A stretch of 64,000 nucleotides of DNA from an uncultured Methanosarcinaceae archaeon (GCA_963721455.1 CAVRJG010000039.1:64001-128000); one strand, 5' to 3'; positions 19,525 through 31,150 are shown, counted from the first letter of the stretch. Notes: generated from the sequence alone by a model not told the origin. Translations and numbers: made by a program.

Positions 19525-20853
19525 ATGAAAATTTACGAATCATACGACGATCTGCCCAAACTAAAGCTGCCTTATGGAAACGACGTGTACATAAGTGACA
19601 GCACCATCCGCGACGGCTCCCAGATGCCGGGGATAGTCCTGAGCAGAGAACACAAGCTTCAAATCTATGAGTACCTGCACGAGATAGGAATTGAAAAACT
19701 CGAGGCCTTTGTATTCAACAAAAGGGATAGAGATGCTGTAGACCTCATGTTTGATATAGGGTACGAGTCTCCAGAGATCACAGGCTGGGCAAGAGCCTCA
19801 AGGGCTGATATAGATAAGATTCTGGAGGTTGACGGGATTAAAGAAACAGGAATCCTGATGTCTGTCTCGGATACACATATTTTTTCCAAGATGAGGCTCT
19901 CAGGCAGGGAAGAAGCCGAAGAGAAATACCTTGATGCCCTGCAGTATGCAGTGGATCACGGGCTTCGCGCACGGGCCCACCTTGAAGATATGACAAGAGC
20001 AGACAATTACGGTTTTGTTTTCCCGTTAGTTGAAAAAATTATGGAAATCGACCCTGACTGCATTATCAGAGTCTGCGATACTGTCGGATACGGGATGCCC
20101 TTCATGAATATCGACGAGCCGTATGGAATCCCGAAAATCGTGCAGCACCTCAAGAAGGAAATAGGGGTTAAAAATATAGAAACCCATATTCATGACGATT
20201 ACGGATTCGGGTCAGCAAGTTCCATTGCAGGTTTCTGGCATGGGGCTAACTGGACAAGCGTAACTTTCCTGGGCATAGGAGAACGTGCAGGAAATAGTGA
20301 GATGGAAAAAATTCTGCTTTTCCTGGCAGATAGGGTAGAAGGTTTTGAAAGATACAACCTTGAACCGGTCACCCGCTTTGCAAGATTCATGGAAAAGGAG
20401 CTTGGGCTGAGGGTTCCGAGAAACAAGGCGGTTGTCGGGAAAAACATTTTTGCCCACGAATCCGGGATACATGCCGCAGGCGTCCTCAAAAATCCCTTCA
20501 ATTACGAACCCTACCCTCCAGAAATGGTAGGGGGAAAGCGGATCCTGCTTGTAGGAGACTCTTCAGGGCTGGAAGTTATCCGCTATAAGGTTCAGGAGAC
20601 CTTAAATGACTTTCTTGACGTTGAAACCATAGTAGAAAAAGATGACAGCCGGCTTTTGAAAATCCAGAACGAAATCCAGAAGCTCTATGATAAGGAAGAA
20701 AGGGTTTCCTGTATTTCGGATGAAGAACTCCTTGCTTATGTGGAAAAATACTTCCTTTACCAGCCTATTTGCAATCCTACACATGCGGGTAGAGGAAAAC
20801 TGAAAATCAAGGGAAAGATAACTGAGTCTGAAGAAGGAAGAGTGAAGGAATAA
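19525..20853 (+). CDS. DRE-TIM metallolyase (isopropylmalate/homocitrate synthase family), Re-citrate-synthase-like
   Basis: DSTIRDGSQ, HIHDD, GIGERAGN, FAHESGIH; no LeuA regulatory domain; AGGAGG RBS. Confidence 0.85.
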   Translation: MKIYESYDDLPKLKLPYGNDVYISDSTIRDGSQMPGIVLSREHKLQIYEYLHEIGIEKLEAFVFNKRDRDAVDLMFDIGYESPEITGWARASRADIDKILEVDGIKETGILMSVSDTHIFSKMRLSGREEAEEKYLDALQYAVDHGLRARAHLEDMTRADNYGFVFPLVEKIMEIDPDCIIRVCDTVGYGMPFMNIDEPYGIPKIVQHLKKEIGVKNIETHIHDDYGFGSASSIAGFWHGANWTSVTFLGIGERAGNSEMEKILLFLADRVEGFERYNLEPVTRFARFMEKELGLRVPRNKAVVGKNIFAHESGIHAAGVLKNPFNYEPYPPEMVGGKRILLVGDSSGLEVIRYKVQETLNDFLDVETIVEKDDSRLLKIQNEIQKLYDKEERVSCISDEELLAYVEKYFLYQPICNPTHAGRGKLKIKGKITESEEGRVKE

Positions 20854-20882
20854 AGAAAAGAGATTTCCTTCAGTACTTTTTT

Positions 20883-21911
20883 TTATTTGAGAATTTCTGC
20901 CGTATACTTCGCAATCTCGCCAGCCATCTGACTAAGTTTTGCACTGCCTCCGAGATCGTAAGTTACATACTTACCTTCGGAAATTACGCGCTCAGTAGCT
21001 TTGAATATGGCTTCGGACTTCTCCTTTTCGCCAAGGTAATCAAGCATCCAGGCTCCTGCAAGTACGGTTGCGACAGGGTTTACCTTATCCTGGCCTGCAT
21101 ACTTTGGAGCCGAACCGTGAGCAGGTTCGAACATTGCGAAAGAATCCCCGATATTGGCAGAGTAGATAAGGCCGATACTGCCAACCAGTGCCGAGCACTC
21201 CTCACTGATTACATCCATAAAGAGGTTTGTGGAGAGGAGAACCTTTTTATTGAAAATCTGAGGGTTCTTGATCAGCTGCTGGGCAATATTGTCTATGTGA
21301 TAGGGCCATATCTCTATATCTGGATAATTCCATCCAGCCTTTTCTACTTCCTCTAAGAAGGAGCCACAGGTAATTTTCAGGATATTGCTCTTATGAATGG
21401 GCACAACAGCGTCATAGCCTCTTCTCTTAGCTTCCTCGAAGGCATACCTGGCAATCTTGCTGGATGCACTGCGGGTGATCTTCCGGATTGCAATTGAGAC
21501 ATCATCCGTGAGCTGGATTTCCTCGCCAATATAGAGCCCTTCAGTGCCCTCGCGCACACAGACCATTTCCACATCTCCCAGAGGTGCACTTGAATTGGGG
21601 AAAGTCTTGATTGGCCTGACATTCGCATAGAGATCATACTTTCTCCTTATAGACACAGCCACACTTCTCGGGGAACCGATTCCTCCGGGGGTAGTTGTCG
21701 GACCTTTAAAACAGGCATCTGAGCTGTCAAGGATATCCCATGTCTCATTCGGGATAAGGGAGTTGCCTCCGTTCTTTTCCCACCAGCCGGCTCCTGCCTC
21801 ACACATAACAAATTCGATGTCTGTGCCAGCGGCTTCTGCAACTTTAAGCATCGCGTCTACAAGTTCGGGGCCTACCCCGTCACCTTTGATTACTGCTGCG
21901 GTTTTATTCAT
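20883..21911 (-). CDS. Isocitrate/isopropylmalate dehydrogenase family protein
   Basis: GDGVGPE, KGPTTTP, LYANVRP, REGTEGLY, HKSNI, FEPAHGSAPKYAG. Confidence 0.92.
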   Translation of the reverse strand: MNKTAAVIKGDGVGPELVDAMLKVAEAAGTDIEFVMCEAGAGWWEKNGGNSLIPNETWDILDSSDACFKGPTTTPGGIGSPRSVAVSIRRKYDLYANVRPIKTFPNSSAPLGDVEMVCVREGTEGLYIGEEIQLTDDVSIAIRKITRSASSKIARYAFEEAKRRGYDAVVPIHKSNILKITCGSFLEEVEKAGWNYPDIEIWPYHIDNIAQQLIKNPQIFNKKVLLSTNLFMDVISEECSALVGSIGLIYSANIGDSFAMFEPAHGSAPKYAGQDKVNPVATVLAGAWMLDYLGEKEKSEAIFKATERVISEGKYVTYDLGGSAKLSQMAGEIAKYTAEILK

Positions 21912-22266
21912 ATTATCACCAGATCTTAAGGTTCGTGTTCAAAGAACCGTAGCGATTGAAAAACTAAAAAAGCGGAACTTTTCGAGAAATTTGGCAAGAA
22001 TAATTGGATCTTCCCGCGTAACTCAACGTAAGGCTATATATTTCAAGTTTTGGGTAATTCAATATTATGCTGAATACAATACTATGCTGAACGATCTCTC
22101 ACTTGAAGTCCGATCTGAGATATAAATGCCTGCGCACATTTCTAAAAAATCAAATCCAGATATTTTCTTCCGGAAGTATCCGATCCATAACCCGACCCGG
22201 AACTTTCGATAAACCGAATCCGAACCTTAATCAAACCCAGAAACCTCATACTCGCGAGGAGTAAGA

Positions 22267-23109
22267 ATGCCTGCAAAAATTCCGATTACCGATAACCACA
22301 TGCATATCGACCCTAGAGCAAGGGGGCTTGAAGCAGTGAAGGAATTCAAGAATTCCGGAGGAACCCACATAATTCTGGTCACCAAACCCAGCTGGTCCCT
22401 TGGAGTAATGGTCAAAAAGCCTGAGGATTACCTCAAGGTCTTTGACGAAACCGTGGAAATCGCATCAAAGATCAGGGAGATGGGGGTTGGAGCCTTTCCC
22501 GTGCTTGGAGTTCATCCGGCAGAGATCTCAAAGCTTACTGAGTATATGGAACTGCCAGAAGCCACGGAGATGATGAAGAAAGGTCTAGAGATTGCTTCGG
22601 GATATGTGGAAAAGGGCCTTGCTGTAGGGATTAAGTCCGGGCGCCCTCATTACCCTGTGGCTGCGGAAGTTTGGGCAGCTTCGAATGAGATTATGGAGTA
22701 CGCTTTTTCCCTGGGAAAAGAACAGGACTGCGCTGTTCAGCTTCATACCGAAAGCGTGGGAGAGCCTGAACTCCAGGACATAGCAGAAAGGGCAAGAAAA
22801 GCAGGAATCAAAATGTACAGAGTTGTCAAACACTACTCTCCCCCTCTGGTAAAAACCTGCGAAGAGCTTGGACTCTTTCCGGGGGTGATCTCGATCAAAG
22901 GGGCAATCGAACAGGCACTTGAAGAAGGAACACGGTTCATGATGGAAACGGATTACATTGACGACCCTGACAGGCCAGGTGCAGTGCTTGGCCCTAAAAC
23001 AATTCCTAAAAGGACCATAAAGCTGATGGAAACATATGGTGAAGAGCCTTTCTGGATTATCCATAAGGAAAACCCCGAAAAGGTATATGACATAGAAATC
23101 GAGCTTTAA
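22267..23109 (+). CDS. TatD-related metallohydrolase
   Basis: DNHMH, GVHPAE, GRPHY, QLHTE, METDYIDD..RPGAVLGP. Confidence 0.85.
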   Translation: MPAKIPITDNHMHIDPRARGLEAVKEFKNSGGTHIILVTKPSWSLGVMVKKPEDYLKVFDETVEIASKIREMGVGAFPVLGVHPAEISKLTEYMELPEATEMMKKGLEIASGYVEKGLAVGIKSGRPHYPVAAEVWAASNEIMEYAFSLGKEQDCAVQLHTESVGEPELQDIAERARKAGIKMYRVVKHYSPPLVKTCEELGLFPGVISIKGAIEQALEEGTRFMMETDYIDDPDRPGAVLGPKTIPKRTIKLMETYGEEPFWIIHKENPEKVYDIEIEL

Positions 23110-23336
23110 AGGTTTATCGCGAAAGAAAATCAGACGAAAGAGTCAAAGAATGTAGTTTGAGAATATTAACGGTTAAAAGAAGAGAGTTGAGTCAGTAAAA
23201 GATAAAAAAGCACATAAAAACAGAGGGTGAAGGAAATCAAAGGAAAATCCATCCGGATTGAACCCTCTGTTATTCCGGAAGGAAAAACCTGCCGGAAACT
23301 AAGTATTGCTGCCGGAACAAAACCTGCAGTTAAGAT

Positions 23337-23822
23337 TTACTTTTTCTTTATTTTTACTATGTCCCCCAGAGTAGTATCTTTCATTAAGTGAGAGACTTCC
23401 TGCCCTGCGGCGTCAACACGTTCCGTAAGTTTGATGTTAAGGGTGTGTTCAAGTTTCTTTCGAACGGGCTCTTCTGGCACGATTTCACTGCGTTCTATCT
23501 TTTTGATCAGAGATGCTTTTTCTTTGATATTTACGGCCAGGTCTTCCTGAGACCAGCCTTTGGCTTCTCTAGCGTCCCGGATAATCTGATCATAGTCATC
23601 CAGGAGTTCGTCTTTCAAAATGTCGAAAAAATCCTTTTTTGGCCTCTTTTCAGTTCGTGTTACCGTACGAACCACCGGAGAGACTTTCCTTGATACGGGA
23701 GTCCGCTTATCAACGGGTTTACCGTAAGGAGCACATTTTTGGCAGACCTGGAGTTCGCTGTTATCAATTGTAATGCACATAGACGTTCCGCGGATCTCTG
23801 CACCACATATTTCGCACTGCAT
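23337..23822 (-). CDS. Archaeal multiprotein bridging factor aMBF1 (Zn ribbon + HTH)
   Basis: CEICG..CQKC Zn ribbon, [20 protein letters not shown]-terminal motif; divergent from pan. Confidence 0.9.
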   Translation of the reverse strand: MQCEICGAEIRGTSMCITIDNSELQVCQKCAPYGKPVDKRTPVSRKVSPVVRTVTRTEKRPKKDFFDILKDELLDDYDQIIRDAREAKGWSQEDLAVNIKEKASLIKKIERSEIVPEEPVRKKLEHTLNIKLTERVDAAGQEVSHLMKDTTLGDIVKIKKK

Positions 23823-23879
23823 ATTGATCACTTCGAAAGCGCTATATACGGTACGAACTTAAATATTATTCGGAGCTCC

Positions 23880-25178
23880 ATGACGGAAAGTACCAAAAGT
23901 AAGGATGAAAGCATGCGCAGTCACCTTGGTAAGTCCGGCCCTGTGTATGACGGAATCGAGCCTGGAGAGCTGGGGGAAGTAACTGAAAGCGTCCAGGACC
24001 GAGTGAGGCAACTTGAAAGCCGCAACAGTTTTTTGGAAGAGCAGTGCAGCCAGATTGAGTCCGAAAAACGTTATTTGGAAAATCAAAAGATCAAATATGA
24101 AAGGGAAATAAGAAAGTTGCAGTCTGAGCTCGATCGGATGAAGACCTCTCCGCTCATCATTGGTACGGTCATTGATGTGATTAAGAACGACAGGATAATT
24201 GTCCGGAGCAGCAACGGACCTCAGTTTTTGGTTAATGTCTCACAATATATAGATGAGAAAAAACTGCTGCCAGGGGCAAAGGTTGCCCTAAACCAGCATA
24301 CACTTGCCATTGCTGAGGTTATTCCTTCGACGGAAGAGCCTTTTGTTGCCGCAATGGAAGTCCTCGAAAGCGTAGAAGTGGATTATGGCCAGATAGGCGG
24401 TCTCGACGAGCAAATCCAGGAACTTCAGGAAGCAGTCGAACTTCCTCTTATCGACCCGGAGCGCTTTGCCCGGATAGGCATTGAGCCTCCTAAAGGAGTT
24501 CTTCTCTACGGACTTCCTGGAACAGGTAAAACCCTGCTTGCAAAAGCCGTGGCTCACAGGACCAATGCGACCTTTATCAGGGTTGTAGGTTCTGAACTCG
24601 TGCAGAAATACATCGGGGACGGGTCCAAACTTGTAAGGGAAATCTTCGAGATGGCCCGGAAAAAAGCCCCGAGTATTATCTTTATCGATGAGCTGGACTC
24701 GATTGCTGCAAGGCGCCTGAATGAGACCACGGGGGCAGACCGTGAGGTTCAGAGGACACTCATGCAGCTTCTTGCAGAGATGGATGGATTTGACAAAAGG
24801 AAAAACATCAGGATTATTGCAGCAACAAACCGTCCGGATGTCCTTGACCCGGCAATTCTCAGGCCAGGCCGTTTTGACAGGCTTGTCCATGTTCCCATGC
24901 CCGGAGTCGAAGCCAGAGGAAAAATTCTCGAAATTCACTGCGAAAGAATGACTCTTGCAGGAGATATCGACTTTAAGAGGCTTGCAAAAGCTACCGAAGG
25001 GATGAGCGGAGCAGACCTGAAGGCAATTGCCACCGAGGCAGGCATGTTTGCGGTCAGGAAAGACAAGGAACTGGTTGAGATGGTGGACTTCCTCGAAGCA
25101 GTGGATAAGGTATCTGTGGCTGCAGATACGCAGAAGATGATGCCCTCAAGTCCCCCTGAAACAACTATGTTCGTGTGA
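23880..25178 (+). CDS. pan: Proteasome-activating nucleotidase
   Basis: Coiled coil and OB domain; GLPGTGKT Walker A, FIDELD Walker B, ATNRPD, RPGRFDR; C-terminal TMFV; start taken at ATG 23880. Confidence 0.95.
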   Translation: MTESTKSKDESMRSHLGKSGPVYDGIEPGELGEVTESVQDRVRQLESRNSFLEEQCSQIESEKRYLENQKIKYEREIRKLQSELDRMKTSPLIIGTVIDVIKNDRIIVRSSNGPQFLVNVSQYIDEKKLLPGAKVALNQHTLAIAEVIPSTEEPFVAAMEVLESVEVDYGQIGGLDEQIQELQEAVELPLIDPERFARIGIEPPKGVLLYGLPGTGKTLLAKAVAHRTNATFIRVVGSELVQKYIGDGSKLVREIFEMARKKAPSIIFIDELDSIAARRLNETTGADREVQRTLMQLLAEMDGFDKRKNIRIIAATNRPDVLDPAILRPGRFDRLVHVPMPGVEARGKILEIHCERMTLAGDIDFKRLAKATEGMSGADLKAIATEAGMFAVRKDKELVEMVDFLEAVDKVSVAADTQKMMPSSPPETTMFV

Positions 25179-25322
25179 AAAAGCTGCGGCAAACCGGATG
25201 AAAAGCCCCTTTTGGGGCTCATTTTTTACATTTGACATGAGAAAAGTGAAGGTTTATACAGGAAAATTGAGGGTTTCCTTAAACCGGCAAACTATTTTTG
25301 TAATCCAGACATAAAAACACAT

Positions 25323-25913
25323 GTGGATTCAGATTTTCATATCAAACCCGAAATCCGAGTTCTGGGTATAGATGACTCTGCGCTCCTTAACAGAAGTGTA
25401 ATGATAGTGGGAGCTGTTTTCAGGGGGGGAGACTGGATAGACGGAGTCCTTCGTTCAGAGATCACAAAGGACGGGCTTGATGCTACCGACATTATCTGCG
25501 ATATGATAAAGAAGAGCAAACATTACGGCCAGATAAGGGTGGTAATGCTCGATGGAATCACTTACGGAGGCTTTAATGTTGTTGATATAGAGGAGCTTCA
25601 CAGGGAAACAGGGATACCTGTAATTGTAATTATGCGTTCATACCCGGATTTTGAGAAAATCAAATCTGCCCTCAAGTATTTCCCGGACGGGGAAGAACGC
25701 TGGACAATAATAAAGAGAGCCGGAAAAATAGAAAAAATCGCTGGTGGAAAAGAAAGGAATCCTATTTATATCCAGAAAGCAGGTATAGGCCTGGAGAGTG
25801 TGAAAAAGATCATTAGGCTTACGTCAATAAGAAGCAATATTCCTGAGCCTCTTAGAGTTGCCCATCTAATCGCAACAGGCATTATCTTAGGAGAGTCCAG
25901 AGGAAAAGCATAA
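25323..25913 (+). CDS. DUF99 (endonuclease V-like) protein
   Basis: RVLGIDDS, DGLDAT, LDGITYGGFNVVD, IPEPLRVAHLIA. Confidence 0.85.
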   Translation: MDSDFHIKPEIRVLGIDDSALLNRSVMIVGAVFRGGDWIDGVLRSEITKDGLDATDIICDMIKKSKHYGQIRVVMLDGITYGGFNVVDIEELHRETGIPVIVIMRSYPDFEKIKSALKYFPDGEERWTIIKRAGKIEKIAGGKERNPIYIQKAGIGLESVKKIIRLTSIRSNIPEPLRVAHLIATGIILGESRGKA

Positions 25914-26361
25914 TTGTTTACATTTAATTCTCCAGGAAAGATGTGGACAGGATATGGAAGCGGGGCATCAGGTCTGGAGAATGTGGATATATAAACTCAG
26001 AAAAAAGGGAAAGGTAAAAATACAGGAACCGGCTTCAAAAAAATATAGAAAATAAAAAAATAAAGATTTTACGTAAAGAAATTAGAAAAGATTGAGGGTA
26101 AAGGATAAAGAAAATAGGGAATAAAGAAAAAGCCGGATCATAAAAGCAGTGAAGAGCAGAACCTGAGGCAAACAGGAAAGTAGAGGAGTTTAATAAAATT
26201 ATTAAACAAATACAGTATAGATTTAAAGACTGGAAAAGGAAAACTATTAAATTGGAAACTGTATATGTGATGGTTAAAATAGATATATTCCCCTTAAAAT
26301 ACATTTGTTCTTTAATACTATCCGTAAAATATTATCCCATAGAATGGAGGAAAACAGTAGC

Positions 26362-27486
26362 ATGAGATCCATTGTGGAAGAAGCCCTTGCTCGATCTGCC
26401 CTGGAAGGACGTGCCGGGCAGGGAGAGTACTCAAACTCAGATTACTCTAACGAAGACTCAGATGTGGATGCCGAACTTGAAGAGATCCTCAGAAGCCTTA
26501 AAACAACCATCAAGGTCGTAGGTTGCGGAGGCGGCGGCTCAAACAGCATCCAGCGTATGATGGGCGAAGGGATCCAGGGAGCGGATCTCGTTGCCGTGAA
26601 TACCGATGCCCAGCACCTTCTTCATATACGCTCCGGCAAAAAGATCCTTATCGGGAAAAAGAAAACCCGCGGACTTGGGGCCGGCAGCCTCCCCCAGATA
26701 GGAGAAGATGCTGCAATCGAGAGTATTGATGAGATTAACAAGATTGTCGAAGGCTCTGATATGGTCTTTATCACTGCGGGCCTTGGAGGAGGAACAGGGA
26801 CAGGGTCGGCGCCTATAGTAGCTGAGGCCGCCAGGGATGCAGGAGCCCTTACGATCGCTGTCGTCACCCTGCCGTTCAGTGTGGAAGGGCATGTCCGCAG
26901 GACCAATGCAGAGGCCGGCCTGGAACGCCTGAGGGATGTTGCAGACACGGTGATAGTGGTGCCCAACGATAAGCTGATCGAAGTAGTTCCGAGACTCCCG
27001 CTTCAGGCTGCCTTCAAAGTCTCAGACGAAGTTCTTATGAGAGCCGTAAAGGGCATAACCGAACTGATCACAAAACCCGGGCTTGTAAACCTCGATTTTG
27101 CGGATATCAGAACTGTTATGCAGAACGGAGGCGTTGCAATGATAGGGCTCGGAGAAGCGGACGGCGATAACAAAGCTGTCGAGTCCGTACAGAAAGCTCT
27201 GCGCAGCCCACTCCTTGACGTAGATATATCAGGTGCGACCTCTGCCCTTGTTAACGTGGTTGGAGGGCCTGACATGACAATTTCGGAAGCTGAGTCTGTG
27301 GTTCAGGAAGTTTACAGCCGGATTGACAGCAATGCCCGCCTGATCTGGGGTGCCCAGATTGACCCTGACCTCGAGCAGACCGTACGTACCATGATCGTGG
27401 TCACGGGAGTAACATCAGCTCAGATTTATGGCCATGGAAATGACAAGAATGTTACCTTTAAATATGGAATTGATTTCGTAGAGTGA
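26362..27486 (+). CDS. ftsZ: Cell division protein FtsZ
   Basis: [20 protein letters not shown] tubulin signature, NLDFAD; start ATG 26362 (alternative 26344). Confidence 0.97.
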   Translation: MRSIVEEALARSALEGRAGQGEYSNSDYSNEDSDVDAELEEILRSLKTTIKVVGCGGGGSNSIQRMMGEGIQGADLVAVNTDAQHLLHIRSGKKILIGKKKTRGLGAGSLPQIGEDAAIESIDEINKIVEGSDMVFITAGLGGGTGTGSAPIVAEAARDAGALTIAVVTLPFSVEGHVRRTNAEAGLERLRDVADTVIVVPNDKLIEVVPRLPLQAAFKVSDEVLMRAVKGITELITKPGLVNLDFADIRTVMQNGGVAMIGLGEADGDNKAVESVQKALRSPLLDVDISGATSALVNVVGGPDMTISEAESVVQEVYSRIDSNARLIWGAQIDPDLEQTVRTMIVVTGVTSAQIYGHGNDKNVTFKYGIDFVE

Positions 27487-27906
27487 TCAAACCAGAGACT
27501 AAAGGGATTAAAATATTCGGTTGGAGAAAAAATACTGTTTTCCTCTCTTTAAAATAAAATAAGGAATCGGAATAGAAATCCAATCGAAAACTATTTTTAT
27601 GGTAAATGCCGTATGCTGTCGATACTATTCGGCATCAAAAAAAGAAATATTTATACTGACGCGATTAAAGATCTAAAGTAAATATAATCCTGCATCGAAA
27701 ATCTTCTGATGTTTTAAAAGCCGTGCCAGTGATATCTTCATATAATAGGAATTAATAATATAATCCGCCCGTTCCTTCCTTAAGATAAATCCGAAAATTC
27801 TGCGTGTAAAAAAGCGAATTTTAGAAATGGAAAGCACATAGGAAGAACCGTAAGCGGAAAGTTCAAGACAGATAAACAAAATAAATAAAACCTGGATGTG
27901 AATTGA

Positions 27907-28122
27907 TTGGTAGAACTCCCATTTGAAATGAATGTAACTAAAGAAAGCATTGGTCAGGCAATCCGGGCACACCTGAGAGTCCTGAAGCTTACGAAAAAAC
28001 CGTCCAGGGAAGAGTTCTTGACCATTGCCAAGGTTGCAGGTATTGGCATTCTGGCTGTGGGAGCAATAGGATTTATAGTATATGTACTGTTGACAATGTT
28101 GCCCCAGTGGGTGGCCAAATGA
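27907..28122 (+). CDS. secE: Protein translocase SecE/Sec61-gamma
   Basis: [14 protein letters not shown] + TM helix; ftsZ-secE-spt5 synteny. Confidence 0.9.
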   Translation: MVELPFEMNVTKESIGQAIRAHLRVLKLTKKPSREEFLTIAKVAGIGILAVGAIGFIVYVLLTMLPQWVAK

Positions 28123-28577
28123 GTGAGGATTCTCAGATATTTGTAATCAAAACCACGGCAAATCAGGAAAGATCGGTTGCAACCGCCCTTGCCAGGATTG
28201 CAAAAAAGGAGAAACTTGACATCAGGGCAATTCTGGCTCCTGATGAGCTAAAAGGATACGTCCTTGTCGAGGCCCCTAAATCCGGAATCGTAGAACTGGC
28301 AATCCAGACTATTCCCCATGCAAGGGCTCTTGTGAAAGGGAGCTCTACAATTGCTGAAATTGAGCATTTCCTTAAACCCAAACCAATAGTAACAGGAATC
28401 AAAGAAGGGGCTATAATTGAGGTCACTTCGGGACCCTTCAAGGGGGAGAAAGCCCGGGTTAAAAGGGTTGATGAAGGGCATGAGGAAATTACTGTGGAAC
28501 TGTTCGATGCTGTGGTTCCGATTCCCATCACGATTCGCGGCGATACTGTAAGAGTATTGAGAAAAGAGAAAGAATGA
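28119..28577 (+). CDS. spt5: Transcription elongation factor Spt5 (NusG)
   Basis: [18 protein letters not shown] motif SGPFKGE; ATGA overlap with secE. Confidence 0.95.
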   Translation: MSEDSQIFVIKTTANQERSVATALARIAKKEKLDIRAILAPDELKGYVLVEAPKSGIVELAIQTIPHARALVKGSSTIAEIEHFLKPKPIVTGIKEGAIIEVTSGPFKGEKARVKRVDEGHEEITVELFDAVVPIPITIRGDTVRVLRKEKE

Positions 28578-28700
28578 AGCCGCAGAGAGATGGAAAAAAT
28601 ACCGAAAATTCCAGCTTACTAATAAATAAAATTACCAGTATTTCGAGTGGATTGAAAGAGATCTGCAAAGTTTATATTTATTAAAACCGGTGAAACTCAG

Positions 28701-29186
28701 ATGACAAGTATTGTTGAAGCACTCGTCCCTGGAGGAAAAGCGAATCCTGGACCACCTTTGGGTCCAGCGCTTGGTCCGCTCGGGGTCAATATAAAAGAAG
28801 TGGTCGAAAAGATCAATGAAAAAACACGGGACTATAATGGAATGCAGGTCCCTGTGAAAATAATTGTCGACGACAAAAAAAATGTCGAGATCGAAGTCGG
28901 TACCCCCCCTACAGCGTCCCTGATAATGAAAGAGCTAGGGATTCAGAAGGGATCAGGAAACGCGGGAAGCGAAGTTGTTGGAAACCTCAGTATCCCACAG
29001 GTCGTAAAGATCGCCCGCATGAAGAAGGAAGATGTACTTTCCTACGATCTCAAAGCAACAATGAAAGAAGTAATGGGCACCTGTGTACCTATGGGTGTGA
29101 ACGTAGAGGGAGTCAAGGCCAAAGACTGCCAGAAGGCACTCGATGAAGGCAAGTTCGATGATTTGCTTGCTGGCGAAGAGTGGTAA
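28701..29186 (+). CDS. rpl11: 50S ribosomal protein L11
   Basis: GGKANPGPPLGPALGPLG, GTCVPMG. Confidence 0.97.
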   Translation: MTSIVEALVPGGKANPGPPLGPALGPLGVNIKEVVEKINEKTRDYNGMQVPVKIIVDDKKNVEIEVGTPPTASLIMKELGIQKGSGNAGSEVVGNLSIPQVVKIARMKKEDVLSYDLKATMKEVMGTCVPMGVNVEGVKAKDCQKALDEGKFDDLLAGEEW

Positions 29187-29371
29187 GCCTTCCCATCCCT
29201 TTACTATTCAATCCGGAATTTCATGATACACCAATAGTTTTAAATTGGATACCACTAATAGCTCAGGAACCTTGAATACCGTTCTACTGTAATAAAATAA
29301 AAACTGAGAGTTATTAGCGGCTTACTGTTTAAGAGTGAAAGAACCGGATTCACGGGAAGCCCTAAAACCAA

Positions 29372-29421
29372 CCGTAGTAAGCCGAAAAGGCTGCTTGGAC
29401 GAGAACGTTCAAACACTACGG
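29372..29421 (+). promoter_or_regulatory. Structured leader upstream of rpl1 (candidate autoregulatory RNA element)
   Basis: CCGTAGT (29372-78) pairs with ACTACGG (29415-21) and encloses two hairpins, AGCC-GAAA(A)-GGCT and GGACG-AGAA-CGTTC; the stem abuts the GGGAGG RBS. Confidence 0.5.
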
Positions 29422-29432
29422 GGAGGAACAAG

Positions 29433-30074
29433 ATGGCAGAAAAAAATATACTGGAAGCTGTCAAGAAAGTACTTGAAGAATCGCCAGAGCGAAAATTCTC
29501 TGAAAGCGTAGACCTGGCGATTAACTTAAAGAATCTTGACATGAATCAACCGAAGAACAGAGTCGATGAAGAAGTAATTCTTCCGCACGGGCTCGGAAAA
29601 GAACTGAAGATCGGCGTTTTTGCAAAAGGTGATGTGGGCCTGAAGGCAAAGGCTGCCGGTGCTGCGTATGTTATTTCTGATGTTGAGCTCGAAGAACTGG
29701 CGGCTGACAAGAATAGAGCCAGGACTCTTGCAAACGAATATGACCTTTTTATCGCAGAAACTCAGTTCATGCCGATAATCGGTAAGAAACTTGGTATTGT
29801 TCTTGGACCCAGAGGAAAAATGCCTATTCCGCTATTACCTAACAAGGATGTAGGCGAACTGATCCAGAGCAAGCAGAATGCGGTAAAACTCAGGTCAAAA
29901 GACAGGCTTACCTTCCATGTGGCTGTCGGCAGAAGAGATATGAATCCTGATTATCTTGCCGAGAACATTGAGACTGTTGTAGCAAGGCTGGAGCGTGTCC
30001 TGGATAAGGGCAAGCATAACCTGAGAACGGTATATGTCACGACAACCATGGGAAAATCAGAGAGGGTGGTGTAA
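29433..30074 (+). CDS. rpl1: 50S ribosomal protein L1
   Basis: RKFSESVDLAINLK, LPHG, LGPRGKMP, TTMG. Confidence 0.97.
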   Translation: MAEKNILEAVKKVLEESPERKFSESVDLAINLKNLDMNQPKNRVDEEVILPHGLGKELKIGVFAKGDVGLKAKAAGAAYVISDVELEELAADKNRARTLANEYDLFIAETQFMPIIGKKLGIVLGPRGKMPIPLLPNKDVGELIQSKQNAVKLRSKDRLTFHVAVGRRDMNPDYLAENIETVVARLERVLDKGKHNLRTVYVTTTMGKSERVV

Positions 30075-31118
30075 ATGGCAGAAGAAAGGCATCACACCGA
30101 GCATATCCCGCAGTGGAAAAAGGATGAGATCGAAAATATAAAGGAACTCATCCAGTCCCATAAGGTCTTCGGGATGGTGGGGATCGAAGGCATTCTCGCA
30201 ACCAAGATCCAGAAGATTCGCCGGGACCTTAAAGACGTTGCGGTGCTCAAAGTCTCCAGGAACACCCTCACAGAGCGGGCTTTAAATCAACTCGGTGAAA
30301 GCATTCCCGAGATGAATAAATACCTTGACAAGCAGACTGCCCTGGTATTTACTAATGAAAGTCCATTCACGCTTTACAAAGTACTCGAACAGACAAAAAC
30401 TCCGTCTCCTATAAAAGGAGGCGCAATAGCTCCTCAAGACATTATTGTTAAGAAGGGGCCAACCAGTTTTCCTCCTGGTCCAATTCTCGGAGAATTCCAG
30501 AGCGCAGGAATTCCCGCCTCAATCGAAGCAGGGAAAGTCGCAGTAAAGGAAACGAAGGTTGTCTGTAAAGCAGGTGAGGTAGTCCCGCAGAAGCTCGCAA
30601 CCATGCTCTCAAAGCTGGAGATATACCCTCTTATTATAGGGCTGGACTTAAGGGCCGCCTATGATGAAGGGACGATTTACGAGCCGGAACTCCTTGCAAT
30701 TGATGAAAGTCAATATTTCTCTGATATTATCAGAGCAATTCAGAACGCTTTCAATCTCTCTGTCAATACCGCATACCCGACAAGCGCAACAATCGGCACA
30801 CTGCTGGCAAAAGCCTCAGTAGGAGCAAAGAACCTTGGTGTCAATGCTGTTGTGTTTGATTCAGGAGTTATGGATGCACTGCTGGCAAAAGCCCATATCC
30901 AGATGACATCCGTTGCATCCAAAGCCGCAGATAAGGATGCAAACGCAGTTGATGACGACCTGAGGGAAGCTCTCGGGGCAGCAGCAAGCGCAGCAGCAGC
31001 AAGCGCAGCAGCCACACCATCCGAGAAAAAGGAAGAAGTAAAAGAGGAAGAAGCAGAAGAGGAAGAAGACACCTCTGAAGAAGACGGAATGGCCGGTCTC
31101 GGTGCCCTTTTCGGATAA
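30075..31118 (+). CDS. rpl10: 50S ribosomal protein L10 (P0)
   Basis: [19 protein letters not shown], Ala-rich hinge and acidic tail GLGALFG. Confidence 0.96.
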   Translation: MAEERHHTEHIPQWKKDEIENIKELIQSHKVFGMVGIEGILATKIQKIRRDLKDVAVLKVSRNTLTERALNQLGESIPEMNKYLDKQTALVFTNESPFTLYKVLEQTKTPSPIKGGAIAPQDIIVKKGPTSFPPGPILGEFQSAGIPASIEAGKVAVKETKVVCKAGEVVPQKLATMLSKLEIYPLIIGLDLRAAYDEGTIYEPELLAIDESQYFSDIIRAIQNAFNLSVNTAYPTSATIGTLLAKASVGAKNLGVNAVVFDSGVMDALLAKAHIQMTSVASKAADKDANAVDDDLREALGAAASAAAASAAATPSEKKEEVKEEEAEEEEDTSEEDGMAGLGALFG

Positions 31119-31150
31119 ACAAATTTACGATAATTGAAAGTAAGGTGATT

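Noticed and set aside
23739-23879. 47-aa N-terminal extension of PAN in the ORF track
   Set aside because: Overlaps aMBF1 on the opposite strand; ATG 23880 (or 23913) is more plausible
24288-24938. 216-aa antisense ORF within pan
   Set aside because: Shadow ORF of a conserved gene; no motifs
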